A stretch of DNA of 63,771 bases, counting the filler, from Reclinomonas americana ATCC 50394 (Eukaryota), in the NCBI GenBank assembly GCA_048213135.1. It is 4 parts of 2 records of this genome, joined end to end, with 100 filler letters (N's around TTAATTAATTAA, not from the genome) between each part and the next. Parts side by side here need not be neighbours in the genome. Positions count along the whole stretch, not along the records: positions 39,051 to 63,771 come from PS015176.1; 3 more parts are not named here. One strand, written 5' to 3'. Below, in pieces: positions 39,238-52,900 of the stretch (position 1 is its first letter; every line of letters begins with the position of its first letter). Under the pieces are notes generated by a model that searched no databases, was not told where the DNA came from, and saw only the letters and a program-made list of their open reading frames with translations. A program made the translations under genes and the position numbers.

Positions 39238-40672
39238 GCGGCAACGCATCTGGTGGTGGTGGTGGTGGTGGTGGCAAGCACGGTGGCAGTTCTGGCCGAG
39301 GAGGCAGCCACGATGCAGGCGGAGCTGCTGCTGCTGCTGCTGCTCCTGGTGGTGGTGGTGGAGGCTCCGTGGGAGGTCGCGCCTTTGCCAGTGCCTTCGG
39401 GTTCGATCCAGACTCGATGCCGATGCAACTCGGCATGCAGTACGGCACCCAGTTGCTCTCCAACGGGACGGCGGTGGTGCAGAAGAATGTTGCGTTGCTG
39501 TTGCTGACTTGCCCGCTCACCCGTGCGACTGTGGGATTGACACGTGCGAGCGGGCAGCTTGGGCGCTGGTTCTCGGCCGATGGTCTGCGCTACTACTTTG
39601 CCGTCTCGCAGCACTACGTGATGACCAAGCTGGCGATGCTGTTCTTCCCGTTCCGCGAGGTGCGCACCAGTTCTGGGGGTGGATTGTGTTCTCTGCGGAC
39701 CTCTCACATCGCACGCAGATCAAGGTGAAGCGCCAAATGGGCAACAAGATGGAGGGCGGCGTGGCCGAGTATCTGCCGCCACGCAGTGATCCCGCCGCAC
39801 CGGACCTGTACTTGCCGCTCATGTCGTTGGTGTCGTACATTCTGCTGGTGGCGTTTTACCACGAGGGCTCCGCGGGCAAGTTGCGCTCCTGCACTCTCTC
39901 GCTTGTCGCTCTCGCTTGTCGCTCTCGCTTGTCGCTCTCGCTTGTCGCTCTCGCTTGTCGCTCTCGCTTGTCGCTCTCGCTTGTCGCTCTCGCTTGTCGC
40001 TCTCGCTTGTCGCTCTCGCTTGTCGCTCTCGCTTGTCGCTCTCGCTTGTCGCTCTCGCTTGTCGCTCTCCCTCTCCCTCTCTTTCCCTCCTTTCCTCGCT
40101 CCCTTTGCCCTCACCTGTCCCCTCCCTGCCTCACCGCTTCCCAGATTCAATCCCGAGATCTTTGGCGTCGCCTTCTCCACGGCTGCTGTGCTGCTGGCGC
40201 TGGAGGTGCTCTGCGTCAAGTTTGGCCTGTACCTGTTCGAGATCGCCAATGCACCGCCGTTCCTGGACTTGCTCAGCTACTCGGGATACAAGTTTGTCGG
40301 GTGCGTATCTTTCCTCCACACACATGTGCGCCGCTTCGCCCGTCTCACTGTCTATGCGCACGAAATCAGCGTGGTCGCCGCTGGTGTGCTCGGTCGCTTC
40401 TTTGGCTCCCTGGTGTGGACACTGGCGGCCTGCTACTGGGGCGCCGCCATTTCTGCATTCTTGGTGCGTGTGTTTCTCTTCTCCTCTAGTGCGTGTGCGC
40501 GTTGCTGACCACCATCTCCACCTCCTCTTTCGTGCAGATCAAGACGCTGCTGCGGCTGGTGGCCAACGACAACTTTGGCAGTCGCGGACCGGGCGATTTG
40601 AAGCGAACGTACTTCCTTATTGGAGTCGGTGCATTGCAGTTCCCCATGTCGCTGTACTTGGCCTATGTGTGA
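39238..40672 (+). CDS. YIF1: YIF1 ER-Golgi trafficking membrane protein, 5' truncated
   Basis: LRYYFAVSQHYVMTKLAMLFFPF, PRSDPAAPDLYLPLMSLVSYILL, FNPEIFG, LDLLSYSGYKFVG. Confidence 0.93.
39896..40069. repeat. 13-bp tandem repeat (CTCTCGCTTGTCG)n in a YIF1 intron
   Basis: About 13 perfect copies. Confidence 0.95.
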
Positions 40673-40741
40673 CCGACAGACCAGACCCACAAAATGAACG
40701 AAAAAATGGTCAGTGGTGACTAAGAAATGTTGCTCCGTGCC

Positions 40742-41687
40742 TCACTGCCAGGGCTCGGCGCGCAGCACCACTCGCCCCTTGATTCGTCCCTGTTGCGCGC
40801 CGTAGTGGTAAATGGGGACTTCAAAGTCGAGAGGCTCGGCGACGTTGAGGGCGCTGAGCGACAGCACCGCAGCACCGAGGTAGTCGTCGCCGGACATGCG
40901 ATCCCAGTCCATGGCGTGCAGAATGAGGACGTGGTGGCGAATGTACTCCAGGTTCCACGGGATGAATTCAAGCCGAGGCAGCGGCGCCGGCCACACCGGG
41001 TTCAGTGTCTGCGGAAAGGCAAAGTTAGTGGGAAGTCGACAAGGGTGGGGGGGGGGGGGGTGTGGAGCACTGACGCAACTCCTCTCTCGGTGCTGGTGCG
41101 CACGGTTCCCGAATTCTTGATGATCGGCGAGTGGAACATGAGGTACGGATCGGAGAGACCATTCGGGTCGGCGGCCATCATTTCGAAGCCTGCCAAGGGA
41201 GGTGAGCAGAGATTTTGAGAGAGAGAACTGAAAGGGAAAGGGAAAGGGAAGACGAGGAGAGACACAAGGGGAGAAATGCACATAAGGAACGACATCAACG
41301 AGAGAGACCACGAATCAGAAGACGCATCAAAGGAAGGCACAAGGAAGGTCACACACACACAAACAAAAGGCAACCATAGAAGAGGTCCGTGAACTCACCG
41401 CGCAGCGACTCGACCTCCAACACATAATTCACTGGCGTGTCCGTCAGTGGCGGCGGCACGGGCACAAGCTCGGCCGACAGAGAGTGCACAAACGGCAGGC
41501 GTGTTCGGCAGCGGAACGAGGCGAACACGGGAGAGTGATCGCTATCACATTTTCCATGTCAGCAGACAAACAAACACGAAAGAGAGTGCGAGTTGGAGAG
41601 GGCTCTCTCTCTTGCTCTCTTACCTCTCAACCTCTCTGGGCGTGCACGTGTCTGTCTGTCTCGTTTTCCCTATCCAAGCTCCTCTCT

Positions 41688-41726
<39 letters not shown>

Positions 41727-43370
41727 NNNNNNNNNNNNNNNNNNNNNNNNNNNNNNNNNNNNNNNNNNNNNNNNNNNNNNNNNNNNNNNNNNNNNNNNNN
41801 NNNNNNNNNNNNNNNNNNNNNNNNNNNNNNNNNNNNNNNNNNNNNNNNNNNNNNNNNNNNNNNNNNNNNNNNNNNNNNNNNNNNNNNNNNNNNNNNNNNN
41901 NNNNNNNNNNNNNNNNNNNNNNNNNNNNNNNNNNNNNNNNNNNNNNNNNNNNNNNNNNNNNNNNNNNNNNNNNNNNNNNNNNNNNNNNNNNNNNNNNNNN
42001 NNNNNNNNNNNNNNNNNNNNNNNNNNNNNNNNNNNNNNNNNNNNNNNNNNNNNNNNNNNNNNNNNNNNNNNNNNNNNNNNNNNNNNNNNNNNNNNNNNNN
42101 NNNNNNNNNNNNNNNNNNNNNNNNNNNNNNNNNNNNNNNNNNNNNNNNNNNNNNNNNNNNNNNNNNNNNNNNNNNNNNNNNNNNNNNNNNNNNNNNNNNN
42201 NNNNNNNNNNNNNNNNNNNNNNNNNNNNNNNNNNNNNNNNNNNNNNNNNNNNNNNNNNNNNNNNNNNNNNNNNNNNNNNNNNNNNNNNNNNNNNNNNNNN
42301 NNNNNNNNNNNNNNNNNNNNNNNNNNNNNNNNNNNNNNNNNNNNNNNNNNNNNNNNNNNNNNNNNNNNNNNNNNNNNNNNNNNNNNNNNNNNNNNNNNNN
42401 NNNNNNNNNNNNNNNNNNNNNNNNNNNNNNNNNNNNNNNNNNNNNNNNNNNNNNNNNNNNNNNNNNNNNNNNNNNNNNNNNNNNNNNNNNNNNNNNNNNN
42501 NNNNNNNNNNNNNNNNNNNNNNNNNNNNNNNNNNNNNNNNNNNNNNNNNNNNNNNNNNNNNNNNNNNNNNNNNNNNNNNNNNNNNNNNNNNNNNNNNNNN
42601 NNNNNNNNNNNNNNNNNNNNNNNNNNNNNNNNNNNNNNNNNNNNNNCCATTCAAAAAAAAAAGACAGCAAGCAGCGCAGACACACGCACCTCGTCCGTGT
42701 ACACACGTCGGGAGCCTTCGGTGTTGCGTTCGTACTTGTAGGTGGGCGGGAACGTCGGTGGCAGCGTGTGCCAGCCGGCAAACACGCGTCCCGCTTCATG
42801 CTCGCGGATCAGTTGGTCGTGCGGCAGCAGGTCACTGATGCGGTTCTCGTTGACGAGGCGGATGACCTCGTCCCTGTCCATGTCGATGCGGTAGTTGAGG
42901 TCGCCCATCCAGAATGCGCGATCCGTCTCCGCCATGATGTCGAGGATCGGGCGGTCGAACTCCAGGCCTGCGTGAAGGGGGAAGGGGAAGGGGGAAGGAG
43001 AAGGGAGAAGTGAGAAGGCAGATGATGACAAGGATGCATTCTCACTCGCTCTGAAGACGAGAGCAAACAGCTTGATAGCTGCGTGTGCATGCATGCCTAC
43101 GTTAGGATTCAGCTCTCTGTGCATGATAGAAGCACAGTGACAAGCTTGATGACTGCGTGTGCCTGCTCGCAAATACAAGCGCCGAGCAACGGCAACTGTA
43201 TACGTGCCTATGCACGACCTCAGCACTCTGACTATGCCTCTGTGTTTACCTGTCTATGTCTCTCTCATTTCCGCACCTCCACATTCTCATTGTCTGTCCA
43301 GTCCTTGCCTGTTTCGCTCTCTTCTTGCTCTCTGTCAAAAGCACCGCGCCCTCTGCCGACAGCGACGCAC

Positions 43371-43405
<35 letters not shown>

Positions 43406-43934
43406 GTAGAATGATGGAAGCAGAGTGTAGCGTTGCACGTCTGACAGCAGAGTGTGTGCGCGTGTCTACCTGTGACCTTCGATCTCTCTCTCTCCCCTCT
43501 CTCCCATGCTCTCTCACCTTCCAAAATCTCGCGGTAATCCGAGTTGCGGCGCTCGACGTGACCCTGATGCGCCGCAAAGTGCGCATTGACAAACACCATC
43601 GAGGTGAAGTTGTACGACACCGCAATCGCTGATTCACGCAGAATGAGAACAACAGCAGGCGACGCACGAGTGACGAGTGACAAAACACACACCGACGGCG
43701 CCCTTGTTGCCGACGACATGGAGCAATCCGGTGGCCTCACGACTCGTCTGACACCAACAGTGAGGGCAGGAATTACGAACACATTGATCTCCCACAAGCA
43801 CTTTGCCTTCCTGAACGCCATCTATCTTGTTCTTGTTTGTTATCGTACCTGTTTGGCGGCCTGCGTTTCCAACATCGCCTCCGCTTCTCTTTCTCTCCCT
43901 CTTCTCCTCTCTCTCTTTTCCTCGAACGTCCTTC

Positions 43935-43989
<55 letters not shown>

Positions 43990-45280
43990 CTGCTTCTGCA
44001 GCCGACCGCGTTTTCCTTACTTCTCCTCCACATTGCTTTAATTTCCTCCGCTGGACATCTTTCTGGTCCCTCCCTCTCCCCCTTCCCGCCCTTTTCCTCC
44101 CTCCCTTCCCTTCCCTTCACCCTCCTCCACACTCACCTCAACACGCGTGAAACGATCGACGAGCACCTTGCGCGCATACATGTGAATGTGCATCTGCCCG
44201 AGTGACACACTCGCCACCAGCGAGTAATCGGCTCCAAAGTGCGCTGTCAGCGCCTCGGTCCACGGCGCAAAGTCGTTCTCCTGCGTGCCAACCACGTACA
44301 CATCGTGAGCGCCCACCGGAATCCATGACGACAGGTCGGCCGGCGGCGCCTTGTTGCCTGTCGAACAAATGAGCCACATGCGACGAGCCAGCAGCCGACG
44401 CACTGCACGCACCGACATTCCAGGAGCCCACAAACAGCGTCATGTCCTCCTCAGCCGGGCGCCGATTGGAACCGTCCATAACCTGCATGCAATATTAATG
44501 CATCATGCATGAGCCACAAGAAAAACTGACGGCGACCATCATGACAAAACACGCAACTCCCGCGTATCGCGGGTCGGCTTGCAGCAGGAGAATGAGACTG
44601 AGCAGGGTGTCGCGGAACACTGCGCGCGACTCGTCCACCGACATGTCAAGCACACAGGCCGTCGACTGCACGGCCTCGCCAGACGCATTCAGCTCCGCAA
44701 TGCCCACCAGCAAGCGCGCCGGGTTGATGGGATGCGGACGCGCAGTGAGAATGTTCCTGCGCACGAGAGAGTGAGCGAGGGTGCAGTACACAGTGTGCGT
44801 GTGTGCGTGCATGTGTGAGAACGAAACTCGGCCGATACCACGCCCAACTCATTGCTGCTGCTGCGCTTGTTGAAGATCAAGCGCGACGCGGTCAAATCGA
44901 CAAACACGTCCGCATCCGTGCTCTACACACACGCACGCGCGCACCAGTGAGACACACACACACGCACACAAAACTCTCTCTCACAGACGCGCCTTCCACT
45001 TTCCGCTCTCCTTGTGCAACCGCACCGGGATGCGCACCGGCTCCACGTCCCACAGCGACGGCAGTGCAGCGAGACGCGCCGCCACCTCGCCAGTGGGACT
45101 CAGAGTGCCTGCAGTGCGCCCGCGAGCCTCGTCGCGCGCATCCAACAGCGCGCCCACCACCAGCGGAGGCATGGACGACGATGATGACGCACCAGCCGCA
45201 GCAGAGGAAGAAGCTGTGAGTGAGCAAGTGAGTGAGTGAGTGCAGGGGAGAGAGACAAGGGTGTGTGCGAGCTCACCCAT
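40742..45280 (-). CDS. Inositol polyphosphate 5-phosphatase with C-terminal C2 domain
   Basis: LFVGSWNVG, VVGTQE, GNKGAV, FVNAHFAAHQ, FWMGDLNYR, FPPTYKY; C2: ADPNGLSDPYL..TLNPVW..MDWDRMSGDDYLG. Confidence 0.9.
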
Positions 45281-45347
45281 GACGAGTTTAGGCGGACCAA
45301 TCGATCGGCAATCCACTTTGATCCAAAGCAAACTCTTTGCGATACGC

Positions 45348-48300
45348 ATGAGCGATTCTCCGCAGCTGCTGCCTTTGCCTCTGCCGCCTTCACCACCGGC
45401 GGCTTCCGCGGCTCGACGGCCCGCAGCGATGAAGCGACTGCTGGACGAGTCGCTCTCGCAGTCGGCGCTCGATGGCTCCGAGAGCAGTGGCGACTTGCCG
45501 CGCTTGTTGCTGGCGCGTGCGGCCTCGCCGACTGTCGCCGCCTCGTTGTCGTCGCAGCCGTGGATGTTGTTGTCGACGTTGCATTCGTCGGCGTCGCCGT
45601 CCATGTCGCTGCCGCCGGATGTGCTGACCGAGGCCGCGCGGGTGCTGGCATCGGCGTCGGAGGTGACCGAGGCCAACTGGCAGCGCCTGGTCGACACACT
45701 GGCGTTTGTGGAGAGCCGTGTGGGTGAGTGGGCCTTGCTGCCTATACCAGTGTCTCTCGACCGCTTTTGATCAACAGGTGCAGAGTGGGAACCGCAGCAT
45801 GCAATGTCGATCCTGACCGCGGAGGATGTGACCGCGCTGACGGATCTATTGAATCGCCCGTCGTCGGCAGACAAGGTGGCGTCACAGGCCGTTCGTCACG
45901 GCTGCTTCACGGCACTGGTTGTGATCCACGAGGGTGAGTTTCGTCGTCGTGGTGGCAGCACAGTGCCGACTCGTTGTTGATTCCGCCGCAGCCGCAACGC
46001 AGCACGAGGCCCCACAGCTTGTCAAACTGGTGGTCCACGGCCTCGTGCCGCACTTCCGCCGAGTGGTCAAGCACATTCTTGTGCAGCTGCAGTCGTGTCC
46101 GCTGACGGGCCAGCCGAATGCCGCGGTGCGGTTGCTGCTGGCTGTGGGTGCGTCATGCTGCTCGAGCACGTCTCGCTCTCGCTGCTCTGCTGAATCGTCG
46201 ATGGCCGCGCAGTGCAAGCTCGCTCTCCCCGTCTCAAGACTCAGTGCTCGGCAAACGTGCATTTGTTCCTGCTGGAGGTGCTGCGGCGTCCGCGGATCGA
46301 CGCTGCACTCCGCGCGCGCGTGCATCACCTGCTGGGTTGCATTGGTGTGTGCATGCGCATCTTTGTGTGCCTGTGTGTTTACGTTAGTGACCTTTTGCAT
46401 CGTTGGCAGTTCAACGCTCCCGGTACCGTCGCCTGGTCATCGATCTGTGTGCGCCCGGCTACCCTTCTGCGCTGCACCTGGCGCTGTCCGACGCATTCTA
46501 CCTGCTGACGCTCCCCGATGTCACGCCAGAGTGCCGCAACCTTGTTCTGTGTAGTCTTCGCTGGCTTGGTGATTCGTACTGCTGCTTGTGGTCCACTGTT
46601 TGCACGCTCACCAACTCTCGTGTCGTGCAGTGACGGAGAACTCGCCTGCCAGTCTCCTGGCGGCCGCAGTGAAGATGAGCGTCACCTCGCCGTTGTGGCA
46701 CCACCTGCAGAAACTGCGACCCGAAGTCGCCTCCGACGAGGTAATCAGTGTGCTGTCGGTGCTGTGGCGACTCTCGCGCTTTGTCAAGTCGATGGAGATG
46801 AGCGATGACAGCGGAAGCAGCCAAGCCACTCGTTTCGTTTCTCATTCGGCAGTGGGTCACACCAGTCAGCTGCATGCTGACAGGTGTGCGTCTGCAGAGT
46901 ACTGTGTGGATTGGCCGCTGCACCCGGAGGCCTTGCCATGGCTTCTTGCCTGCGTGCACCATCAGCGGGCGGAGGAAACGATTGTTCCGGCCGTTGGCTT
47001 GTTGCGCGCCGCGAGTGCGTATGTGCAGTGTGGCACACCTGCTTGGGCGTAGAGTTGCTGACTCGCGTCTCGCAGCGTGGACTCCGGTTATCGCCAAGCG
47101 TGCACTGGTGGAGGGTGCGGTGGGTGTGCTGCAGCGGCTGATTTGCTACGGTGGCGATTTGGAGCGCAGTCGGTACACGGTGGCGAGTCTGCTGGAGACT
47201 GTTGTGACGTCGGGTGCGTCACCCCTGCGTGAGACACTTGGATTCGAGGTGGGCGACGATCTCATTGTTGTCGCAGGGTGTACAAGACCAGGCAAGGCAA
47301 TGCTGGACATTCCTGGGTTCAATATTGCGAGCGAGGTGCAACGTGTGATGCGCATGGTCGAGAGTCTGGTGATTGGCCCGTTTCTGGCCCCATGCTTGCG
47401 CACTCTTGTGCACTGTGAGTCGCATGTCACAGTTTTGTGCAGCACGCTGTTTTTGGCTCATGCGTGTCTTCAACCCAGTGCTGTTGGTCGGCGGCGTCGG
47501 TGGCGTCGCGGTGCCAGTGGTCCCTGAGTCGCTCATCGGTCGATGTCGTGACCTGGTGCACAAGTCGGCAGAGACCTCGTTGCAAATGGCCGCGCTTCGC
47601 CTGCTAGAGACTGTCGGTTTGTTCCCTCCTGCCGCACCCGCGCGTCTGCCGAAGAGGTCACGTGCAATGCACTTGATTCACAGCACTGGTTGCCGCTCTC
47701 GGCAAGACACTCGGTCTCGTGTCGAGCCTGGTCGAGGTTCTCCACCGCGGATGCCACGCGCGTGTTGAAGCTGCCATTCTCTCCCTTCTCTCTCACATTG
47801 GTCAGTATCGCGTGTCGTGTGCCGCCGATGTCGTTGCAGCTCATGCGTCGGTGCAGGCGAGAGTGATGTCAAGGCCTTGCATGTGCGAGGCATTCGAAGT
47901 GCTCTGGCTGCGCTCCTCAGCAACGGCTGCAGCACGATCGAGGTCTTGGCGGCGCGATTGTTCCTCTTGTTGTGTGCGTGCATGGGTCTCGATGCTTGTG
48001 TCCGGTGTGTGTGTCGGCTGACTGACTACCGCGCTTGGTTGCTGCAGATCGGGGAGCGAACAGGAAGCTGCAGTTGGCACACTTCGTGCCGCAAGTGACA
48101 CAGGCCGCGCAGTCGGCCGCTACAGACGCACAACCATTGCTGTGCGAACTGTTGGCGCGCATGGGTTCGCTCGCGTCCCTTGCCGATGCTGATTATGTGA
48201 AAACTCAACGAGTCTGATGTAACGCAGTGGCTGATCAAGTTCACCCGTGCAAGGAATTAGGAGCGCTGGTGATACCTGTCATGAAGGCGGCTGTGCAGAT

Positions 48301-49886
48301 GGCTGTGCAAGGCGGCGACGTGAAAGTAGCACTCACTCTTGGTATGGTCTCGAGCACACTGCGCTGCCTCATCATTCACCTCGCTTACGCTGCACCTCCT
48401 CAGTCAAGGAGTGCGCCGAGGTGTCACCAGAGGCGCTGGCGTCGTCGATGGTGGGTCCACTTGCAAGTGTACGGTATCCGCTGGCACACCAGCCGGCGTG
48501 GTGGATTACGACGCGAGTTCTCGGTCTGTCAGTGAGAGGCGAATGTGGTGGAGAGGTGTCGGTGACCGCTCACTTTATTCTTTTTTTGACAAGTGTCGCG
48601 AGATGCATCGATGCTGGAGTGCTTTGGCGCACACGACAAGGTGTTTGAGGAGATGATGGTGCAGACGCTCGATGCACGGACCAGCGTGACGCCGACTGCT
48701 GTTGGTGCCATGCTTGGCACGCTGCTGTCACTCGGTACTGTCCACTTCGTTGTTGTCGACGATGCTTTCCCTTTCGTCCGTCTCACTCCCAACGCAGTGT
48801 CTCGGCACGACTCGTATGTTGCACTGGTGGAGCGACGATTGGCGTGCCTGGTGGATCTACTGTTGCGACCCGACGACGTTCCATTAACAACCTTGTTTGG
48901 CGCCCTGGGCGTGCTGATCAACTATGGTTCGGCGCGCCGTGCTGATCATCCCCACGCGCTCGCAGTGCCTGAGTGGTGTGCACCTGTCGCAGTGAATCGA
49001 CTACCCGAATCGAGCTGGGACAGTGGAGACCAGCAGGCGTTGGTGCGAGGCGAAGTGATGCAGCGTGTGGTGGCATTGATCGGCAGCGAGGATCACTTGG
49101 TGCGGAGTCGAGCAGTGGCGCTGCTCGGGAATCTGCGTGAGTGACACGTGAAGAGAGTTTTCCTGCATTTCCATGTGCCCCTCACTCACCTCCCATCTGC
49201 GTGCCTGCATTGCAGTCGCCGCCACCCGTCGCGCCGTAGTGCTGGTGTCGCCTTCAGCGCTGAGCCGATCCCTGTGTGTGATATTCAGGAACGACCGCGA
49301 CCGCCCTGCCATGCTGCAGCATGCACTACGCGTGCTCAGCCAGCTGAGTTGCGTCTATCAGGGGGGAGGGAAGTGAGATAAAGTATCGTGTCTGACTGGC
49401 GACCTCGCTCCACTCCGCAGGTTCCCAGTCCATCTCGTTGCGCAGCGAGCTGTTTGACACGCAGGTCATGCACTGCTTGATCAAGTTGCTGTCGTCGAGC
49501 GTGGAGAGCGTGCTCATCTACGCCATGTATGCGGTGTCGCAATGCGGTCAGTGATCCGTGTCTGTGTCCACTCACCTTTGCGCGCTCTCACCAGTCACCA
49601 CAGTGCACAACAACGAAAAAAATCGCAACGATTTCATCAACGACGACGGCCTGTACACGCTCATTCACATCACCGACCGGCACTGTCACAGCGCACTGGC
49701 ACGGGAGGTGATGGCGCGTACACTGGCCGATTTCGGTATGTCTTCGGTCAATATGCCAGTCACGTGGCGCCATTCTCACCCCCCAGAAAATGCGCAGCTC
49801 CGTACGACGAGATGGCCAAGCTCCTTAGCCTGCAGCGGGAACACTTGGTGAAGTCCGGCCACACTCCAGGCATCGTGCGGCTGTGA
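45348..49886 (+). CDS. Large ARM/HEAT-repeat helical protein
   Basis: Many in-phase Leu-rich helical exons (ALVEGAVGVLQRLI, VRSRAVALLGNL, FINDDGLYTLI); exact family unknown. Confidence 0.6.
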
Positions 49887-49924
49887 ATGAAAGATCAATC
49901 GACAAACACTCAAACTTAACAACC

Positions 49925-52900
49925 ATGTCGTCGCGCAAGCGATACATGTTCGGCGGCCGCAGTGGCGGTGACGAGCCACCACAGAAGCGACAGAGAACAG
50001 TGGATGATGAAGAGGAGTACTTCCACGAGGATGAGGTTGAGAAGAAGCATGCATGCATACACACGATGAGTGAAGCATTGAGCTCACCAGTTCGAAACAA
50101 CACAGCCTGTGGCCCGTCACTCGTCGTCATTCAGTGGCGCAGCACCACCTCCTCCTCCACCTCCTCCACCCCCACCTCCAGAGGAAGAGGACGAGGTGGA
50201 TCCACTGGATGCATTCATGAGTGGCATCAATCAACAAGTGGAGAGTGAGCGACGCAACCCGCCCTCGTCGTCGGCCGCAGCAGCACAGGGCAAGGCTCGT
50301 CTTCTCTCTCTCTCCCTCTGTGTGTGTGTGTGCATGTGTGTGACAAATGAGGGTTGTGTTGCAGGTGTTGGATGATCGGTACGAGGAGGACGATGAGATG
50401 GAGTCGTATGTCAAGTACATGCGAGAACTGGCGGCGGAGGAGAGCGGCAAGACTTATTTGGCCTCCATGCATGCTGGCAGTGGTTAGTCTCTCTCGCGCG
50501 CACTCTCTCTCTTTGTGTGCATGTGCTTGTTCTCATTATACTCGTGAATAGAGGATGCGGCCGACTCGGATGAGGAAGTGTATGCGGCGGCGCGTGCAGC
50601 CGAGGGACCGCTCAAGTTGCATTCTCTGTTTGTCTGAGCGCGTGCGTGTGTGTGTATGCACGCTTCTCATGCGCCGTGTACAGATACGATGCCAATGGCA
50701 TGCCGATTATGCCGCGCAAGAAGGAGGTGGAGATACTGGAGCCGCTGGACCACTCGGCGATTGAGTACGACGAGGTGAACAAGGAGTTCTACGTCGAGCA
50801 TCCGGAGGTGGCCTCGATGACGCCGCAGCAGGTGGTCGCGCTGCGAAAGGAGCTTGGTGAGGAGGGGGGAAGGGAGGAGGGAGGGGAGGGGTTTGAAGGG
50901 AGAGGGAAGGGAGAGCGAGAGGGAAGGAGAGGGGAGGGAGCAGGGAGAGGAAATGGAGACGAACAGAGATGCTGATGGATGGGAGGGACAGATGAGAGAA
51001 GCAGCCGGTGCGAGTGACAACTGCATTGGGGCGAGAATGAGAGAGCGAGCGAGCGAGAGAGAGACTGAGAGTCGACCAGAGATGCTGTGATGAAGGGAAG
51101 TGGAGGAGAGGAGCAGCCGGTGATTCGGAGTGACAACTGCGTTGGAGCGAGAAAGAGAGACAGACAGAGATGCTGTCACGAACGGGAGAGGAACAGCTGG
51201 TGGTTCGCGAGTGAGAACTTCAATGAAGCGAGAAAGAGAGACGAAGAGAGATGCTGTGAAGGAGGAGAGTGATAGAGAAGGGATGCAGCCGGTGCTTCGT
51301 GAGTGAGAACTTCAATGAAGCGAGAAAGAGAGACGAATAGAGTTGCTGTGATGGACAGGATGGATGGAGGAGGGATGTTGCCGGTGCTTCAGGAAGCGAA
51401 CAGAAATGCAGAGACAGTAATGCATGGCTGAGGAGAGTAGCAGCTGGCGCTTCGTGAGTGTGAGATGCTGTGATCAACGGGAGTAAGAGAGGGAATCCTA
51501 GCAGTCCCAGTTTCGATTGAGAGCGAGGTGACAAGTGAGTGGAGAAGAGACAGGTTGCAGCATCTGCTACCTGTAAGTGTTTGAGAACCAATTCATGAGA
51601 ACGAGAGACTTGACCTGCAGGAGACTGACTCTTCTCTCTCCCTCTACCCCTCCCTCCCTCTCTGTCCTTCGTGACTGGCAGATGTGACCGTGTCGGGTCG
51701 CGACACGACGAAGCCGGTGACCAAGTTTGCGCACTTTGGATTTGATTCGGTGCTGATGAAAGCCATTGAGCGGGAGGGATTTGAGAAGCCGACACCGATT
51801 CAGAGTCAAGCGGTTCCAGTGGCCCTCATGGGTCGCGACATTATCGGTATCGCCAAGACGGGTGAGTCGGTAGCGCCAGCACCACTCTTGTCCCACACAC
51901 TCATACAAGATGTGCACTCTCGCCTGTCTCGTTCCAGGTTCCGGCAAGACGGCGGCCTACGTGTGGCCGATGATCACGCACATGATGGATCAGGCGGAGT
52001 TGCCGGAGGGCGAGGGCCCGATTGCCGTCATCTGTGCACCGACGCGCGAGCTGGCGCAGCAGATTTATGCGGAGACGAAGAAATACGCGAAGCCTTTCAA
52101 TCTCCGGTGAGTGGCCGCGCGCCCACACGCCTGTTTGTCAGCAAATGATCATCCTCTGGCGATCCACACAGCACGGTGCTCGTCGGCGGCGGCTCCTCCA
52201 AGTACGAGCAGGAGAAAGCACTCAGGAAGGGCATGGACATTGTGGTGTGCACGCCGGTGCGTGACTCGCTCCACCACCTTCTCGTCATCGACACGCTGAT
52301 CGACCTCCCTTCTTCTCCGCGTAGGGACGATTCATCGACCACATCAAGAAGCGCCATGTGTCGCTGTTCCGCACCACATTCTTGGTGATTGACGAGGCTG
52401 ATCGCATGTTCGACTTGGGTTTCGGTTGGTTGCCGCTTCTCGCGCCGCTCCGCTGTCTCAGTCAGGTTTCTGATGCGCTTGTTGCGCACCCATGCAGGCC
52501 CACAAGTGACGTCGTTGGTGGGTCAAATTCGTCCCGACCGACAGAGTTGCGCTCGTTTCTCCCTCGTCGCAACCCCTTCGCATCCGCTCATTTTCTCAAT
52601 GTCTCCCTGACGCTTGGCAGCTCTTCTGTTCTCTGCCACCTTTGACCGTCGTGTGGAGCGGCTGGCACGCAACATCCTCACCGCACCGGTGCGCATTGTG
52701 GTCGGCGAGGTCGGCGAAGCCAACAAGGATGTCACGCAGATGGTACACATTTTCAACACGGACGACGACAAGAAGCGATGGCTGGTGATGAATCTCCGCG
52801 ACTATGTCTCTCGCGGTTCCGTGATGCTCTTTGTCAGTCGTCGACAGGACTGCGAGCTCGTCACGCAGTTTCTCGGCACCAATGGCTTTGTCGGTCAGTT

